Below, in pieces: positions 36,460-46,435 of a stretch of DNA of 64,000 nucleotides (positions are counted from its first letter, which is position 1; each line of letters starts with the position of its first letter). The position numbers and the translations under genes are program-made. Source of the DNA: an uncultured Candidatus Saccharibacteria bacterium (GTDB taxonomy: Bacteria > Patescibacteriota > Saccharimonadia > Saccharimonadales > Saccharimonadaceae). The stretch spans positions 6,728 to 70,727 of the forward strand of contig CALBWN010000060.1 in the NCBI GenBank assembly GCA_937974295.1. The letters run 5' to 3'. The notes below the pieces were generated by a model that saw only the letters and a program-made list of their open reading frames with translations, was not told the origin of the DNA and did no database searches.

Positions 36460-39090
36460 ATGGCAACAACACAGCAAAAAGCACTGACGAAGATTTTTGG
36501 CGATCCGCAAAAGCGGATCTTGAAGCGTCTACAAAAGAAGGTAGACGAAATCAACAAGCTTGGGCCCAAATACAAAGCACTCTCGGATGAGGAATTAGCC
36601 AAGCAAACAGAGGTCCTCAAGCAGCGCCTGCACAAGAAGGGTACGACGCTCGATACCATCCTGCCCGATGCCTTTGCGGTGGTGCGCGAGATGGCCGATC
36701 GGGTGATTGGCGAGCGACACTATGATGTGCAGCTGATTGGCTCGATGGTGCTGCACGAAGGCAACGTCGCTGAGCTCAAGACTGGTGAAGGTAAAACCCT
36801 GATGTCCACGCTGGCAGCATACCTCAATGCGCTCGAGGGCAAGGGTGTGCACATCGTGACCGTCAACGACTACTTGGCGCAGCGTGACGCTGGCTGGATG
36901 GGGCAGATCTATAGCGCTCTGGGCATTAGTACTGGTGTGATCATTAACGAAGCGTCCTTCCTCTACGATGGTACGTATACCAACGAGAACCATACTGATC
37001 CACGCATGCAAAAGCTCCGCCCCTGTACACGGCGCGAAGCCTACGAGGCAGATATTACTTATGGGACAAATAACGAGTTTGGCTTCGACTACCTGCGCGA
37101 TAATATGGTCAATGAGATTAGCCTGGTGCGCCAGCGCGAGCTCAATTTTGCCATTGTGGACGAGGTGGACTCCATCTTGATCGATGAAGCGCGCACTCCA
37201 CTCATCATTAGTGCGCCTGCGGCCGAGAACCCCGATAGCTACTATCAATTTGCCAAGATTGCCGCCAAGCTTGTGCCGGAGGACTACCGCCTCGATGAGA
37301 AGCACACCAGTGTAGCACTAACGGACAGTGGCATCGACAAGGTGCAAAAACTCCTTGGTATAAAAAATTTGTACACCCCCGAGTATGTCCGCAGCGTTTA
37401 CCACATCAACCAAGCGCTGCGTGCCCAGACGCTCTTCCATCGTGACAAAAACTACGTGGTGACCAATGATGGCGAGGTGATCATCGTCGATGAGCACACT
37501 GGCCGCCTCAAGATTGGCAACCGCTACAACGAAGGCCTCCACCAGGCGATCGAAGCCAAAGAAGGCGTGCCCGTCCAGCAAGAGAGCATGACGCTGGCGA
37601 CCATTTCCTTCCAGAATTTCTTCCGCCTATATAAGAAGCTTAGTGGTATGACCGGTACGGCCTTTACAGAGGCAGAGGAGTTCCAGCAGATCTACAGCCT
37701 GGATGTGGTGGTAGTGCCGCCCAACAAGCCAATTACCCGCAAAGACCACCAAGATCTCATTTACAAAACCGAAAAGGCTAAGCTCAAAGCTGTGGCAGCT
37801 GCCATCAAAAAGTACCATGAGCAAGGCCGGCCAGTGCTGGTGGGGTCGGGCTCGATTGCTAAGAATGAGCTGATCGCCCAGTGGCTCGACAAAGCGGGCA
37901 TTGCATATGAGATCCTCAACGCCAAGAATAATGAGCGCGAGGCCGAGATCGTGGCGCACGCTGGCGAGAAGGGTGCTGTGACGCTGGCGACGAACATCGC
38001 GGGGCGTGGTACAGACATCAAGCTTGGGCCGGGCGTGAAGGAGCTTGGTGGCTTGGTGGTGATCGGCAGCGAGCGGCATGAGTGGCGCCGGATCGGCAAC
38101 CAGCTGCGTGGCCGTGGTGGCCGCCAGGGCGACCCGGGTGACACCCAATTCTACGTCTCGACCGAAGATGACTTGATGCGGATCTTCCAGGGCGAGCGCA
38201 TTGCCGGCCTGATGGAGCGCCTTGGGGTAGAAGAAGACATGGCCATCCAAAACAAAGCGGTCAGCAAGACGCTCGAGGCGGCGCAAAAGCGGGTCGAAGG
38301 CTTTAACTTCGATGCGCGCAAAAATGTTGTTCAGTACGATAACGTCATCAACCGCCACCGCAAAGTGGTCTATACTGTGCGACGCAAGATCCTCGATGGC
38401 GACAACATCAAGCCAGAAATCCAGCGCCTGTTGCGCACTGCAGTAGAGAGCCTTACAGAGGTACCAGCCAAGCAAAACCCCAAGTTTGCTGAGGAGTTTG
38501 GCGCGATCTTCCCACTGGACAAAGACGAGATCAAGAAGATCGGTGCCGAGAAGCGCGACCGTGTCCGGACTAAGATGGCACTCGATGCGGCGAAAAAATT
38601 GTATCAAGATAAAGAAGACGAGCTGGGTAGCGAGCTACTACGCGGTATTGAGCGCGAGGTGTACTTGCAGGTGCTCGACACGCTGTGGATGCAGCACCTA
38701 GAGAACATGCAGCACCTGCGTGAGGGGATTCACTGGCGCAGCGTGGGCCAACGCGACCCGCTCGTGGAGTACCGCGCAGAATCGCAAAAGCTGTTCGACA
38801 GCCTGCAGGCTAATCTCCGGGCGGAGGTCCTCCATGCAATCTACCAAGTACGCAAGACAGATGCCATCACTCGGGAGGCAACCGACAACGAGCACGACAC
38901 CGAGCTCACTCGCCTGGCCGAAACCTCGGTGGAGCGCGGTGTGAATGAAATCACGAGCGGGGAAGCCAATCGTGATCAGGACTTTACCAAAACAAAAGCG
39001 GCACCAACTACTGCCGACGTCAACCGCAAACGTAACGCCGCCCGCAAGAAAAAGAAAGCCCAGCGGCAGAATCGCAAAAAGAACCGCTAG
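36460..39090 (+). CDS. secA: Preprotein translocase SecA (no C-terminal Zn finger; basic tail)
   Basis: ELKTGEGKTL, VDEVDSILIDEARTPLIIS, ATNIAGRGTDI, QLRGRGGRQGDPG. Confidence 0.98.
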   Translation: MATTQQKALTKIFGDPQKRILKRLQKKVDEINKLGPKYKALSDEELAKQTEVLKQRLHKKGTTLDTILPDAFAVVREMADRVIGERHYDVQLIGSMVLHEGNVAELKTGEGKTLMSTLAAYLNALEGKGVHIVTVNDYLAQRDAGWMGQIYSALGISTGVIINEASFLYDGTYTNENHTDPRMQKLRPCTRREAYEADITYGTNNEFGFDYLRDNMVNEISLVRQRELNFAIVDEVDSILIDEARTPLIISAPAAENPDSYYQFAKIAAKLVPEDYRLDEKHTSVALTDSGIDKVQKLLGIKNLYTPEYVRSVYHINQALRAQTLFHRDKNYVVTNDGEVIIVDEHTGRLKIGNRYNEGLHQAIEAKEGVPVQQESMTLATISFQNFFRLYKKLSGMTGTAFTEAEEFQQIYSLDVVVVPPNKPITRKDHQDLIYKTEKAKLKAVAAAIKKYHEQGRPVLVGSGSIAKNELIAQWLDKAGIAYEILNAKNNEREAEIVAHAGEKGAVTLATNIAGRGTDIKLGPGVKELGGLVVIGSERHEWRRIGNQLRGRGGRQGDPGDTQFYVSTEDDLMRIFQGERIAGLMERLGVEEDMAIQNKAVSKTLEAAQKRVEGFNFDARKNVVQYDNVINRHRKVVYTVRRKILDGDNIKPEIQRLLRTAVESLTEVPAKQNPKFAEEFGAIFPLDKDEIKKIGAEKRDRVRTKMALDAAKKLYQDKEDELGSELLRGIEREVYLQVLDTLWMQHLENMQHLREGIHWRSVGQRDPLVEYRAESQKLFDSLQANLRAEVLHAIYQVRKTDAITREATDNEHDTELTRLAETSVERGVNEITSGEANRDQDFTKTKAAPTTADVNRKRNAARKKKKAQRQNRKKNR

Positions 39091-40377
39091 ATGCAACACA
39101 CAGTAACAGAGGTCAGGCTAAAGAATGGTGCCCGTGGCCTTCTCATTGACGTTCCTGGTGCAACCGTGATGAGCTTCCAGTTCCAATTCCGGGCGGGCAA
39201 CCGCTATGTTGCGAGCAAGGACATCTACGAGACAGCGCACATTATGGAGCATATGGCCTTTGGTGCTAATGCTCAGTTTGCAAGCGAGCACGAGTACGAG
39301 GCTGAGTTTATCAAAAACGGTGCCTACCACAATGCCTGGACGAGTGATTTGTCTATGGTGTATGTGGCGGACTGTGCGGATTTTGAGTGGGAGCGTATTT
39401 TGCAGTTGCAGCAGGTGGCTATCACCCAGCCAAAGTTCAACCAGATGGAGCTTGAAGCCGAGAAGGGCAATGTGCGCAGCGAGCTTGTCGGCTATCTCAA
39501 CAATCATAACCGAGTGCTGTGGCCCAAGATCCAGCAGCTGCTAGGGAATGACATCTACACCTTCCACCAGCGCGTGCGTACCATTGCCCATGTGCAGCTG
39601 AGCGATATTCAGGAGCACTACCGGCGCACCCACACCAGCGATAACCTCCGCTTTGTCATTGCTGGCAAAATGGCGGGGCGCAAGGCGCAGATCAAGCGCA
39701 TGCTGGAGAGCTGGCAGTTGCCGCGTGGTGAGCGCTTTGCGGTGCCGCACGACGAACTTCACAGTGGTAAGCCTACCCTCATCCGTCGCAAAGAGGCCAG
39801 CAACCTCACCTTTGGCTGGTCGATGGAGATCCCGCGCGAGCTTAGCGATAAAGAAGACGCTGCACTCGATTGCCTCAACCATATTCTCACTGGCACTATG
39901 CACTCGCGCATCTTTGGCAAGGCGCGCAAGCAGGGCATGGCCTATGGGATGTTTAGTGATGGCTCGGTGGGCAAGTATGAGAGTAGCTGGGACTTTGGTG
40001 GCGAGGTAGAGTGCGATAAGGCAGAGCGGCTCTTTGCTTTGATTGTCAGTGAGCTCCAGGCAGTGCTGCGTGGTGAGATTACCGAGGCGGAGCTTGAGGC
40101 AGCCAAATCCTATGGCCTGGGGCGCTACCAGATGGGGGCGCAAACAGTAGCACAAATTAGTGGGTTCTACACCGGCCGCTTCTTCTGGGATGGCTATGTG
40201 AAGGACTATGCCAAGGTGCCGCAAGAGATCAAAGGTACAACCCTCGAGCAAATGAACGCCGTAGCACGTGAATTCATTGCCGCCAACACCTGGGCACTCG
40301 CTGGCGTGAGCAGCGGCGAGCGCAGCGACATTGTGCGGCTGGGAGAGCAGCTGGAAGGGCTGTTTGCACAGAGGTAG
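39091..40377 (+). CDS. M16 family zinc peptidase
   Basis: AHIMEHMAF (HxxEH), HNAWTS. Abuts secA. Confidence 0.9.
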   Translation: MQHTVTEVRLKNGARGLLIDVPGATVMSFQFQFRAGNRYVASKDIYETAHIMEHMAFGANAQFASEHEYEAEFIKNGAYHNAWTSDLSMVYVADCADFEWERILQLQQVAITQPKFNQMELEAEKGNVRSELVGYLNNHNRVLWPKIQQLLGNDIYTFHQRVRTIAHVQLSDIQEHYRRTHTSDNLRFVIAGKMAGRKAQIKRMLESWQLPRGERFAVPHDELHSGKPTLIRRKEASNLTFGWSMEIPRELSDKEDAALDCLNHILTGTMHSRIFGKARKQGMAYGMFSDGSVGKYESSWDFGGEVECDKAERLFALIVSELQAVLRGEITEAELEAAKSYGLGRYQMGAQTVAQISGFYTGRFFWDGYVKDYAKVPQEIKGTTLEQMNAVAREFIAANTWALAGVSSGERSDIVRLGEQLEGLFAQR

Positions 40378-40591
40378 AAACACCTCTGTCTAGTGCATTT
40401 GCCTGTTTTTATACCCGTGAGGGGGTCGAAGCCTTTAGTGGTGGGGCTTTGCCAATAGACTAATAAATTTGATCAAATTATTTTTTTACTATTTCTTAGT
40501 GGAAGCACGAGACGCGAAGGTAAGCAGAGAAACACTTGCATTAATCAGACTGTGTTGTATTATTGGAAGTAATAGCATAGGAGAACAATAT

Positions 40592-40864
40592 ATGAGTGAC
40601 GTCAATCCAACCAACAGTAAAAGTTATCGCCCGGGAGACGAAGAAAAAGGTTACAACGACCTTGTCACGATTGTCCTCACAAAACGGGAATGCTCAGATT
40701 TATTGACAGCCATGAATGAGCTCACCGCAGGCCCGTATGCACCTTCTAAAAAAGAATGGCAATGGATGGAGGATGTCATGGGTATGCCTACGCGCGAAAG
40801 TTTGATGGCACTATTCGATAAGGTTGATGATTTCCAAGAGGGCGACCTTAGGTCGTCCAAGTAG
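40592..40864 (+). CDS. Small orphan protein (90 aa)
   Basis: AGGAG RBS before ATG 40592. TTGCAT..TATTAT promoter-like sequence upstream. Confidence 0.6.
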   Translation: MSDVNPTNSKSYRPGDEEKGYNDLVTIVLTKRECSDLLTAMNELTAGPYAPSKKEWQWMEDVMGMPTRESLMALFDKVDDFQEGDLRSSK

Positions 40865-41156
40865 CATTCCGAAATACTTGACTTTTGAATCACAGCGACA
40901 ATGCATACCTGAGTCGTGCTCAAGTGACTCCTCGTCAGAGTACGAACGATTAGGTTAGTTGCATTTGTCTCGCGTTCCGACGTTGGGTGAGTTTATGGGC
41001 ACTGAGGCTCAGTTGGACATCGATCAGTATGGTTTCAATCCAGACGACATGCCCGATTGCTTTCTTCCCGATAACTTTGACGAAGTATTTCAGCCTATCG
41101 GCATACATAGCACAAGGCATACCGTGCTGGTTGCTCAGCAATTTTGCTCTAGCCTA

Positions 41157-41190
41157 ACATACAGCCGACCATAAACAGCCGGCTGTATGT
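41157..41190. terminator. Hairpin terminator between convergent genes
   Basis: ACATACAGCCG/CGGCTGTATGT. Confidence 0.65.
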
Positions 41191-41211
41191 GTTGGTTGTG
41201 CGCTTGGGTTT

Positions 41212-42168
41212 TTAGGCTGCGCGGTACACTGCCATCTTCGCGTTGAGTAGCTTGTTCATCTCGGTGAGACCACTGTTCTGCTTGTGGAGGACGCCGTCGT
41301 CGATGACGTATGTCTCGGCTTTGCTATCTCTGTTGTCGGGCATTTTGGGCGCAGTGTTTTGCCCGCTGTACTTGCTGCGGCTCGTTAGGTCGCTGTGAGT
41401 GCGGTAGTATTGAGCGGCTTTGAGACGGTGGTCTTTGACCGCTTGGTAATACGTGAGGTATTCGGTGCCAAGCTTGCGTGCATTGTCATTTTCGCTGATG
41501 TTTTGCATTTTTTTGGCTTGCTCGATGCACGAGCCATAGGTCTTGCTTGCTTCCTTTTCGATCTCGCTATCGGTCAGTGCAGGAGCGCTCGTAAGCGCTG
41601 CACTACCACCCTTGCGGAAGTCAAATTTCAGAATTTGGCGGTTGAGTGTGTTGGTATCGGCGCACTCTTTGATAAAGGTGGCGACGGTGGAGTAGTAGCT
41701 AGGCAGCTTGCCCAGTGCAGTAACGGCTTCGTCCGTCTCGCGCTTGTACTGCTCGTACGCACGCTTGATATCTTCGTCGTGCACGGCGCGTGAGCTGCCA
41801 AGCTTGCTTATGAGTTCTTTGCGGTTGTCTGCAAATGCCTTGGTATCGATCGTCTCGCCACGAGAGAGTGGCTGCAGCAGGCGATCCTTGGTGCGGCTAT
41901 GGCTGCGGATGAGCGCCTGGGCGTCTTGCAGGTCTTTGCGGTTTGGCGGTGCAGATTGGATGGCCACAACGATGATAATGATGACTAGTACAATGCCCAC
42001 CGCACCAGCAATCAGCCCATATAGCAGCTTCTTATTTGCCAGCAGTTTATTACCCGCAAACTGAGGTGGCTGCGGTGTCTTGCTAGGCTGTGATGTGTTC
42101 ATATTCATGGTGTTCGTTGGCGAGGTCATAGCTGGTTGGTTATGGCTAGGAGTGGGCTGAGTGTCCAT
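41212..42168 (-). CDS. Orphan single-pass membrane protein with helical extracellular domain
   Basis: P/Q/T-rich N-terminus, one TM (LLYGLIAGAVGIVLVIIIIVVAI), two Cys. AAGGA RBS. Confidence 0.8.
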   Translation of the reverse strand: MDTQPTPSHNQPAMTSPTNTMNMNTSQPSKTPQPPQFAGNKLLANKKLLYGLIAGAVGIVLVIIIIVVAIQSAPPNRKDLQDAQALIRSHSRTKDRLLQPLSRGETIDTKAFADNRKELISKLGSSRAVHDEDIKRAYEQYKRETDEAVTALGKLPSYYSTVATFIKECADTNTLNRQILKFDFRKGGSAALTSAPALTDSEIEKEASKTYGSCIEQAKKMQNISENDNARKLGTEYLTYYQAVKDHRLKAAQYYRTHSDLTSRSKYSGQNTAPKMPDNRDSKAETYVIDDGVLHKQNSGLTEMNKLLNAKMAVYRAA

Positions 42169-42466
42169 TGCTTGTGTCCTTTGTATTCGTTGTTGATACT
42201 CAAATTAACTATAGATTATATATTATAGCAATAGTTGCAGTAAGCGCAAATTGACGGAGGAAGAGCTGTTGCGGTGTGCTACATATAGTGATATACCATT
42301 GTGCGTAGTATGCAAGAAACAAGCGAAAAAGCAATAACACCGCTACGAGAGATAGCGATCATAATGAGGAGATGATGAGAGCGCGCCAAGAACAAGGGCA
42401 GTATAATACACTCTCTGACCTCTGTATATTCTGTGTTTTGGGTGCTGTGTATGCTATAATGGCGGT

Positions 42467-43813
42467 ATGAAAGTTGCGATTGCTGGGTACGACGTTGAGG
42501 GTCGTGCGACGTATGATTATGCGCGGCAGGTGTGGCCTGCGGCGGAGATTGTGATAGCCGATGAGCGGCGCATTACTGATGTGCCGCCTGGGGTGGTAGA
42601 TGTATTGACGGGCCCAGATGCCTTTGCTCAGCTGGGCGATGCCGATATCGTCATGCGTACCCCTGGGCTGGCGCCGTGGCGGATCGAGACAGACGGCACA
42701 GTGTGGTCGGCCACGAATGAGTTCTTCGCACGCTGCCCCGCGCCGATCATTGGCGTGACAGGTACAAAGGGCAAGGGTACAACGGTGAGCCTCATCGCTG
42801 CTATGCTGCAAGCCCTTGGGCGCACCGTCCATGTGGTGGGCAATATTGGCCAGCCAGCCTTGGCACAGCTAGGGCAGATTAGCCCAGATGATGTGGTGGT
42901 GTATGAGCTGAGTAGCTTCCAATTGTGGGATGCCGAGCGTTCACCGCAGATCGCAGTAGTGCTGATGATTGAGCCCGACCACCTCGACAAACACGTTAAT
43001 TTCGCCGAATACGTCGATGCCAAGGCGAACATTCGGCGGCACCAGCGGCCGGGCGATGTGTGTATTTATCATCCGAGCAATCCATATGCCGCGCAGATCG
43101 CTGAGTCGCTCGACACGGATGTTGCGCGTGGCAGCCTGGGTACGCCACCACCAGCCTATCGCTATGGCACGCCAGATGATGGCATGGTGTATGTGAAAGA
43201 TGACGCCTTTTGGCAGGGTGAGCGGCGGCTTTGCGCAACGGATCGCTTGCAACTGCCTGGTGCGCACAATATTGAGAATGCCTGTGCAGCGCTGAGTGCG
43301 GTGCTCGCCTTCGATCCACAGGCTGTGCCGCAGCGCCTGGCGGAGGGGTTGGCGAGCTTTGCTGGCTTGCCGCATCGCTTGGCCTTTGTGGCAGAGCAGG
43401 ATGAGGTACGGTATTATGACGACAGTATTGCTACCACACCAGGCAGTGCTATTGCAGCGCTGCGTGCCTTTGCGGAGCCCAAGGTGCTCATCGTTGGTGG
43501 GGCAGACAAAGGTGGTGATTACGAGCCACTGGCGCAAGAAGTGTATGCGCAGGGCGAGGCCGTGCGTGCTGTCATTACGATGGGGGCGAATGCTTCGGCA
43601 ATTGCCGCGGTATTACAAAACTATGATGTTGCTGTGCCTATCATCACGCTTGGCAGCGTGCCCATGGCAGAGGTCGTAGCTGCTGCTCGGCAGCAAGCCG
43701 AGCCTGGTGATGTCGTCATCCTAAGCCCCGCTGCCGCGAGCTTTGACCAATACTGCAGCTATGCCGACCGTGGTGAGCAATTTATTGCAGCGGTGCAGGG
43801 TGGTGGAGTGTAA
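42467..43813 (+). CDS. murD: UDP-N-acetylmuramoyl-L-alanine--D-glutamate ligase
   Basis: GVTGTKGKGTT, GNIG, ELSSFQL, PDHLD, YYDDSIAT, LSPAAASFDQY..RGEQF. Confidence 0.96.
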   Translation: MKVAIAGYDVEGRATYDYARQVWPAAEIVIADERRITDVPPGVVDVLTGPDAFAQLGDADIVMRTPGLAPWRIETDGTVWSATNEFFARCPAPIIGVTGTKGKGTTVSLIAAMLQALGRTVHVVGNIGQPALAQLGQISPDDVVVYELSSFQLWDAERSPQIAVVLMIEPDHLDKHVNFAEYVDAKANIRRHQRPGDVCIYHPSNPYAAQIAESLDTDVARGSLGTPPPAYRYGTPDDGMVYVKDDAFWQGERRLCATDRLQLPGAHNIENACAALSAVLAFDPQAVPQRLAEGLASFAGLPHRLAFVAEQDEVRYYDDSIATTPGSAIAALRAFAEPKVLIVGGADKGGDYEPLAQEVYAQGEAVRAVITMGANASAIAAVLQNYDVAVPIITLGSVPMAEVVAAARQQAEPGDVVILSPAAASFDQYCSYADRGEQFIAAVQGGGV

Positions 43814-43896
43814 GCTATTTTGCGATTGAGCAGGATATACTATAATATATACAAATAACTATATAACTGATACAAGATAAGGAATCGAATAGCCCA

Positions 43897-44859
43897 ATGA
43901 ATCAGCAACCATATACCAACTCACCGCAGCCTGCCGCAGCGCCGCAGTATAGCAAGGGGCAGCTTGCCGTGGCCCGTGCTGCTATGTCTAGCGACAACAC
44001 CGTGCTGGCAGTCACCTTTATTGGCTTCTTTTTTATGACGTCGGCGTATTTTATTTTTACGGCGCTGGCCGAGCATTTTAGCGTAGAAGGTACTGGTGTG
44101 GAGGCAGAGCAAGTCCCACTTTGGCTGAGGCTTATTATTGCTTTGTTTAGCGGTGCTATTCTCTTTGGTGTCATCCTTCTTGTCGGGATGTTTTTCATCC
44201 GGATGGAGCGGCAGAAGATGCTGGGAAATGCTATGCAAGTAGAGTATAGCGATTATGCTTGGCTGCGCGACTGGGCCAACGTCACGGCGGCCGACCTCGG
44301 TTTGCCACGGGTAGAGATTTTCGTCACGCAGAACCCGGTCATCAATGCCTATGCCTTTGGCTTCATGAATCCATACTGTATTGTGCTGCATTCTGGTTCG
44401 ATTCGCTACCTCACGCCCGATGAGCTCAAGGCAGTCGTTATTCACGAGATGGGGCACATTAAATATAAGCACACCATAGCTATGCTGTATCTGCAGCCAT
44501 TCTTGGCGTTGCCGTTCGTTTCCTCGGTGTCTGGCTGGCTAGCGGGCTTTTGGCAGCGCCGCACCGAGTATACGGCCGACCGCTTGGCACTGACCTACAC
44601 CGAAGATCCAGAGCTCGTCAAGAATGCGCTCGTCAAGGTGCACATTGGCCCTGATGTGGCGGAGGGTATGAACGAGACCGCTCGCCAGTGGCAGCGCTAC
44701 ACCGCTAACCGGCCAATGAACCGCTTTGCCCAGACCTTGAGCGACCATCCATACCTCGTGCGCCGGCTTGACCACATCGACAAAATGACCGCCAAGCTCC
44801 TTACACCCCAAGCACCAGCTGCACCAGCCCAGCCCACAACACCAGTCCAACCACAGTAG
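43897..44859 (+). CDS. M48 (HtpX-like) membrane zinc protease
   Basis: INAYAFG..AVVIHEMGH..EYTADR..DHP..RR. Confidence 0.9.
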   Translation: MNQQPYTNSPQPAAAPQYSKGQLAVARAAMSSDNTVLAVTFIGFFFMTSAYFIFTALAEHFSVEGTGVEAEQVPLWLRLIIALFSGAILFGVILLVGMFFIRMERQKMLGNAMQVEYSDYAWLRDWANVTAADLGLPRVEIFVTQNPVINAYAFGFMNPYCIVLHSGSIRYLTPDELKAVVIHEMGHIKYKHTIAMLYLQPFLALPFVSSVSGWLAGFWQRRTEYTADRLALTYTEDPELVKNALVKVHIGPDVAEGMNETARQWQRYTANRPMNRFAQTLSDHPYLVRRLDHIDKMTAKLLTPQAPAAPAQPTTPVQPQ

Positions 44860-44892
44860 GGGAGTGCGAGGCGATAAAACGCTGTGTATACA

Positions 44893-44925
44893 GAGGCCAC
44901 TATCGATATGATGGTGGCTTCTTGG
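44893..44925 (+). terminator. Hairpin terminator after M48 gene
   Basis: GAGGCCACTATC/GATGGTGGCTTC. Confidence 0.6.
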
Positions 44926-45232
44926 TTTTGCTCTATACCTACGATAGTGCACACTTCGACCATAGAGACTCATCGATCACTTGTGCCTGTTCCTTTTGTT
45001 GTTCCTCTTCTCAGAGTGATGCGTACCTCTCTTGATTATAAGCTTGCCAGTACAGTACCAGCGCTAAAAATATCGTTATAATAACGATGTTCCGCACTTT
45101 GCCTGAACGAAGTTATGGAGTGAGCGAACGCGTGTCGCAATACTCTGTGAGATTCAGGCCTAGTTAGTTATGCTCAGCAATGCTTTGCGCCATAAGTAGA
45201 GCCAGCACCTCAGAGTGCGGTATAATAGACCT

Positions 45233-46318
45233 ATGCAACCACTCAAAAAGCGCGCCGCTCAGCTCCTCGCCGACATCCTCGATGCGATTTGTCGTTTGCA
45301 GATCGCGGATAAGACTACCCAGCTCACTCAGCTCGAGGCGCAGCTGGCCGACTCGCAAATTTGGGCTAATCCAGCCCACGCTCAGCAGGTGTCGCGCCAG
45401 GCAGCAGCCCTGCGGGGGCAGATAGAGCCGTGGCAAGTGCTGCAGGCTCAGGCGAGCGACATTGTGGAGTTGATGGATCTGGGCGATGACTCGATGATAC
45501 CAGAGTTCGAACAACAGCTTGCTGCCCTCGAGCACGACTACCAGGCACGCCACCGTGACCTCCTCTACAGTGGTGAGCACGACGACCAACCGGCTATTAT
45601 CAAGATCAGTGCCGGGGCCGGTGGCACTGATGCGCAGGATTGGGCAGCGATGCTCGAGCGGATGTACCTGCGCTTTGCCGAGCAGCACAGCCTTCAAGCG
45701 GAGCTCCTCGAGCGCTCGACAGGCGAAGAAGCTGGCATCAAGAGTGCGACATACAGCCTCCATGGCGCGTATGCCTATGGCCAGCTGCGCAGCGAGCATG
45801 GCGTGCACCGCCTGGTGCGGCTCAGCCCGTTTAATGCCGACCATTTGCGCCAGACGAGCTTTGCTCTGGTGGAGGTGATGCCAGAAATTGCTGAGCCCGA
45901 GCAGGTGCAGCTTGAGGACAAAGACCTCCGGATCGACGTCTACCGCAGTGGTGGCAAGGGTGGGCAGGGCGTTAATACGACCGACTCAGCCGTGCGCGTT
46001 ACCCATCTACCCACCGGCATCGTCGTTGCCATCCAAAACGAACGCAGCCAGATCCAAAACCGCGAGACCGCTCTCACCATTCTGCGCTCGCGCCTGGCTC
46101 AGCTCCAGCACGAGCAGCAGGCCGCCAGCTTGGCCGACCTCCGCACCGGTGAGTCTGCCAGCTGGGGTGCGCAGATCCGCAATTATGTGCTCCACCCCTA
46201 TACCCTCGTCAAAGACACTCGCACCAAACATGAAGCCCACGACGCCCAAGCTGTCCTCGACGGCGCCATCGACGGCTTTATCGAGGCATATTTGGCGATG
46301 GGGGTGGGGGAGAAGTAA
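45233..46318 (+). CDS. prfB: Peptide chain release factor 2 (single ORF, no programmed frameshift)
   Basis: SPF motif (RLSPFN) and GGQ. Start at ATG 45233, 6 nt after TATAAT. Confidence 0.97.
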   Translation: MQPLKKRAAQLLADILDAICRLQIADKTTQLTQLEAQLADSQIWANPAHAQQVSRQAAALRGQIEPWQVLQAQASDIVELMDLGDDSMIPEFEQQLAALEHDYQARHRDLLYSGEHDDQPAIIKISAGAGGTDAQDWAAMLERMYLRFAEQHSLQAELLERSTGEEAGIKSATYSLHGAYAYGQLRSEHGVHRLVRLSPFNADHLRQTSFALVEVMPEIAEPEQVQLEDKDLRIDVYRSGGKGGQGVNTTDSAVRVTHLPTGIVVAIQNERSQIQNRETALTILRSRLAQLQHEQQAASLADLRTGESASWGAQIRNYVLHPYTLVKDTRTKHEAHDAQAVLDGAIDGFIEAYLAMGVGEK

Positions 46319-46435
46319 TAGATATACAGGTAAGAGCAGTACCTGTATTCGTATACTAGACCATTTTGTAATGTACGACAAAAATAGATCAAAAATAGCA
46401 TCTATCTGTGGTAATAAGTGGTACAATAAGGGCAT

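Noticed and set aside
40959..41174. 71-aa ORF after the 90-aa orphan
   Set aside because: No convincing start or RBS. It may be a gene remnant but cannot be supported.
45233..45330. Programmed +1 frameshift in prfB
   Set aside because: No CTT-TGA site or internal SD; the gene is one continuous ORF.
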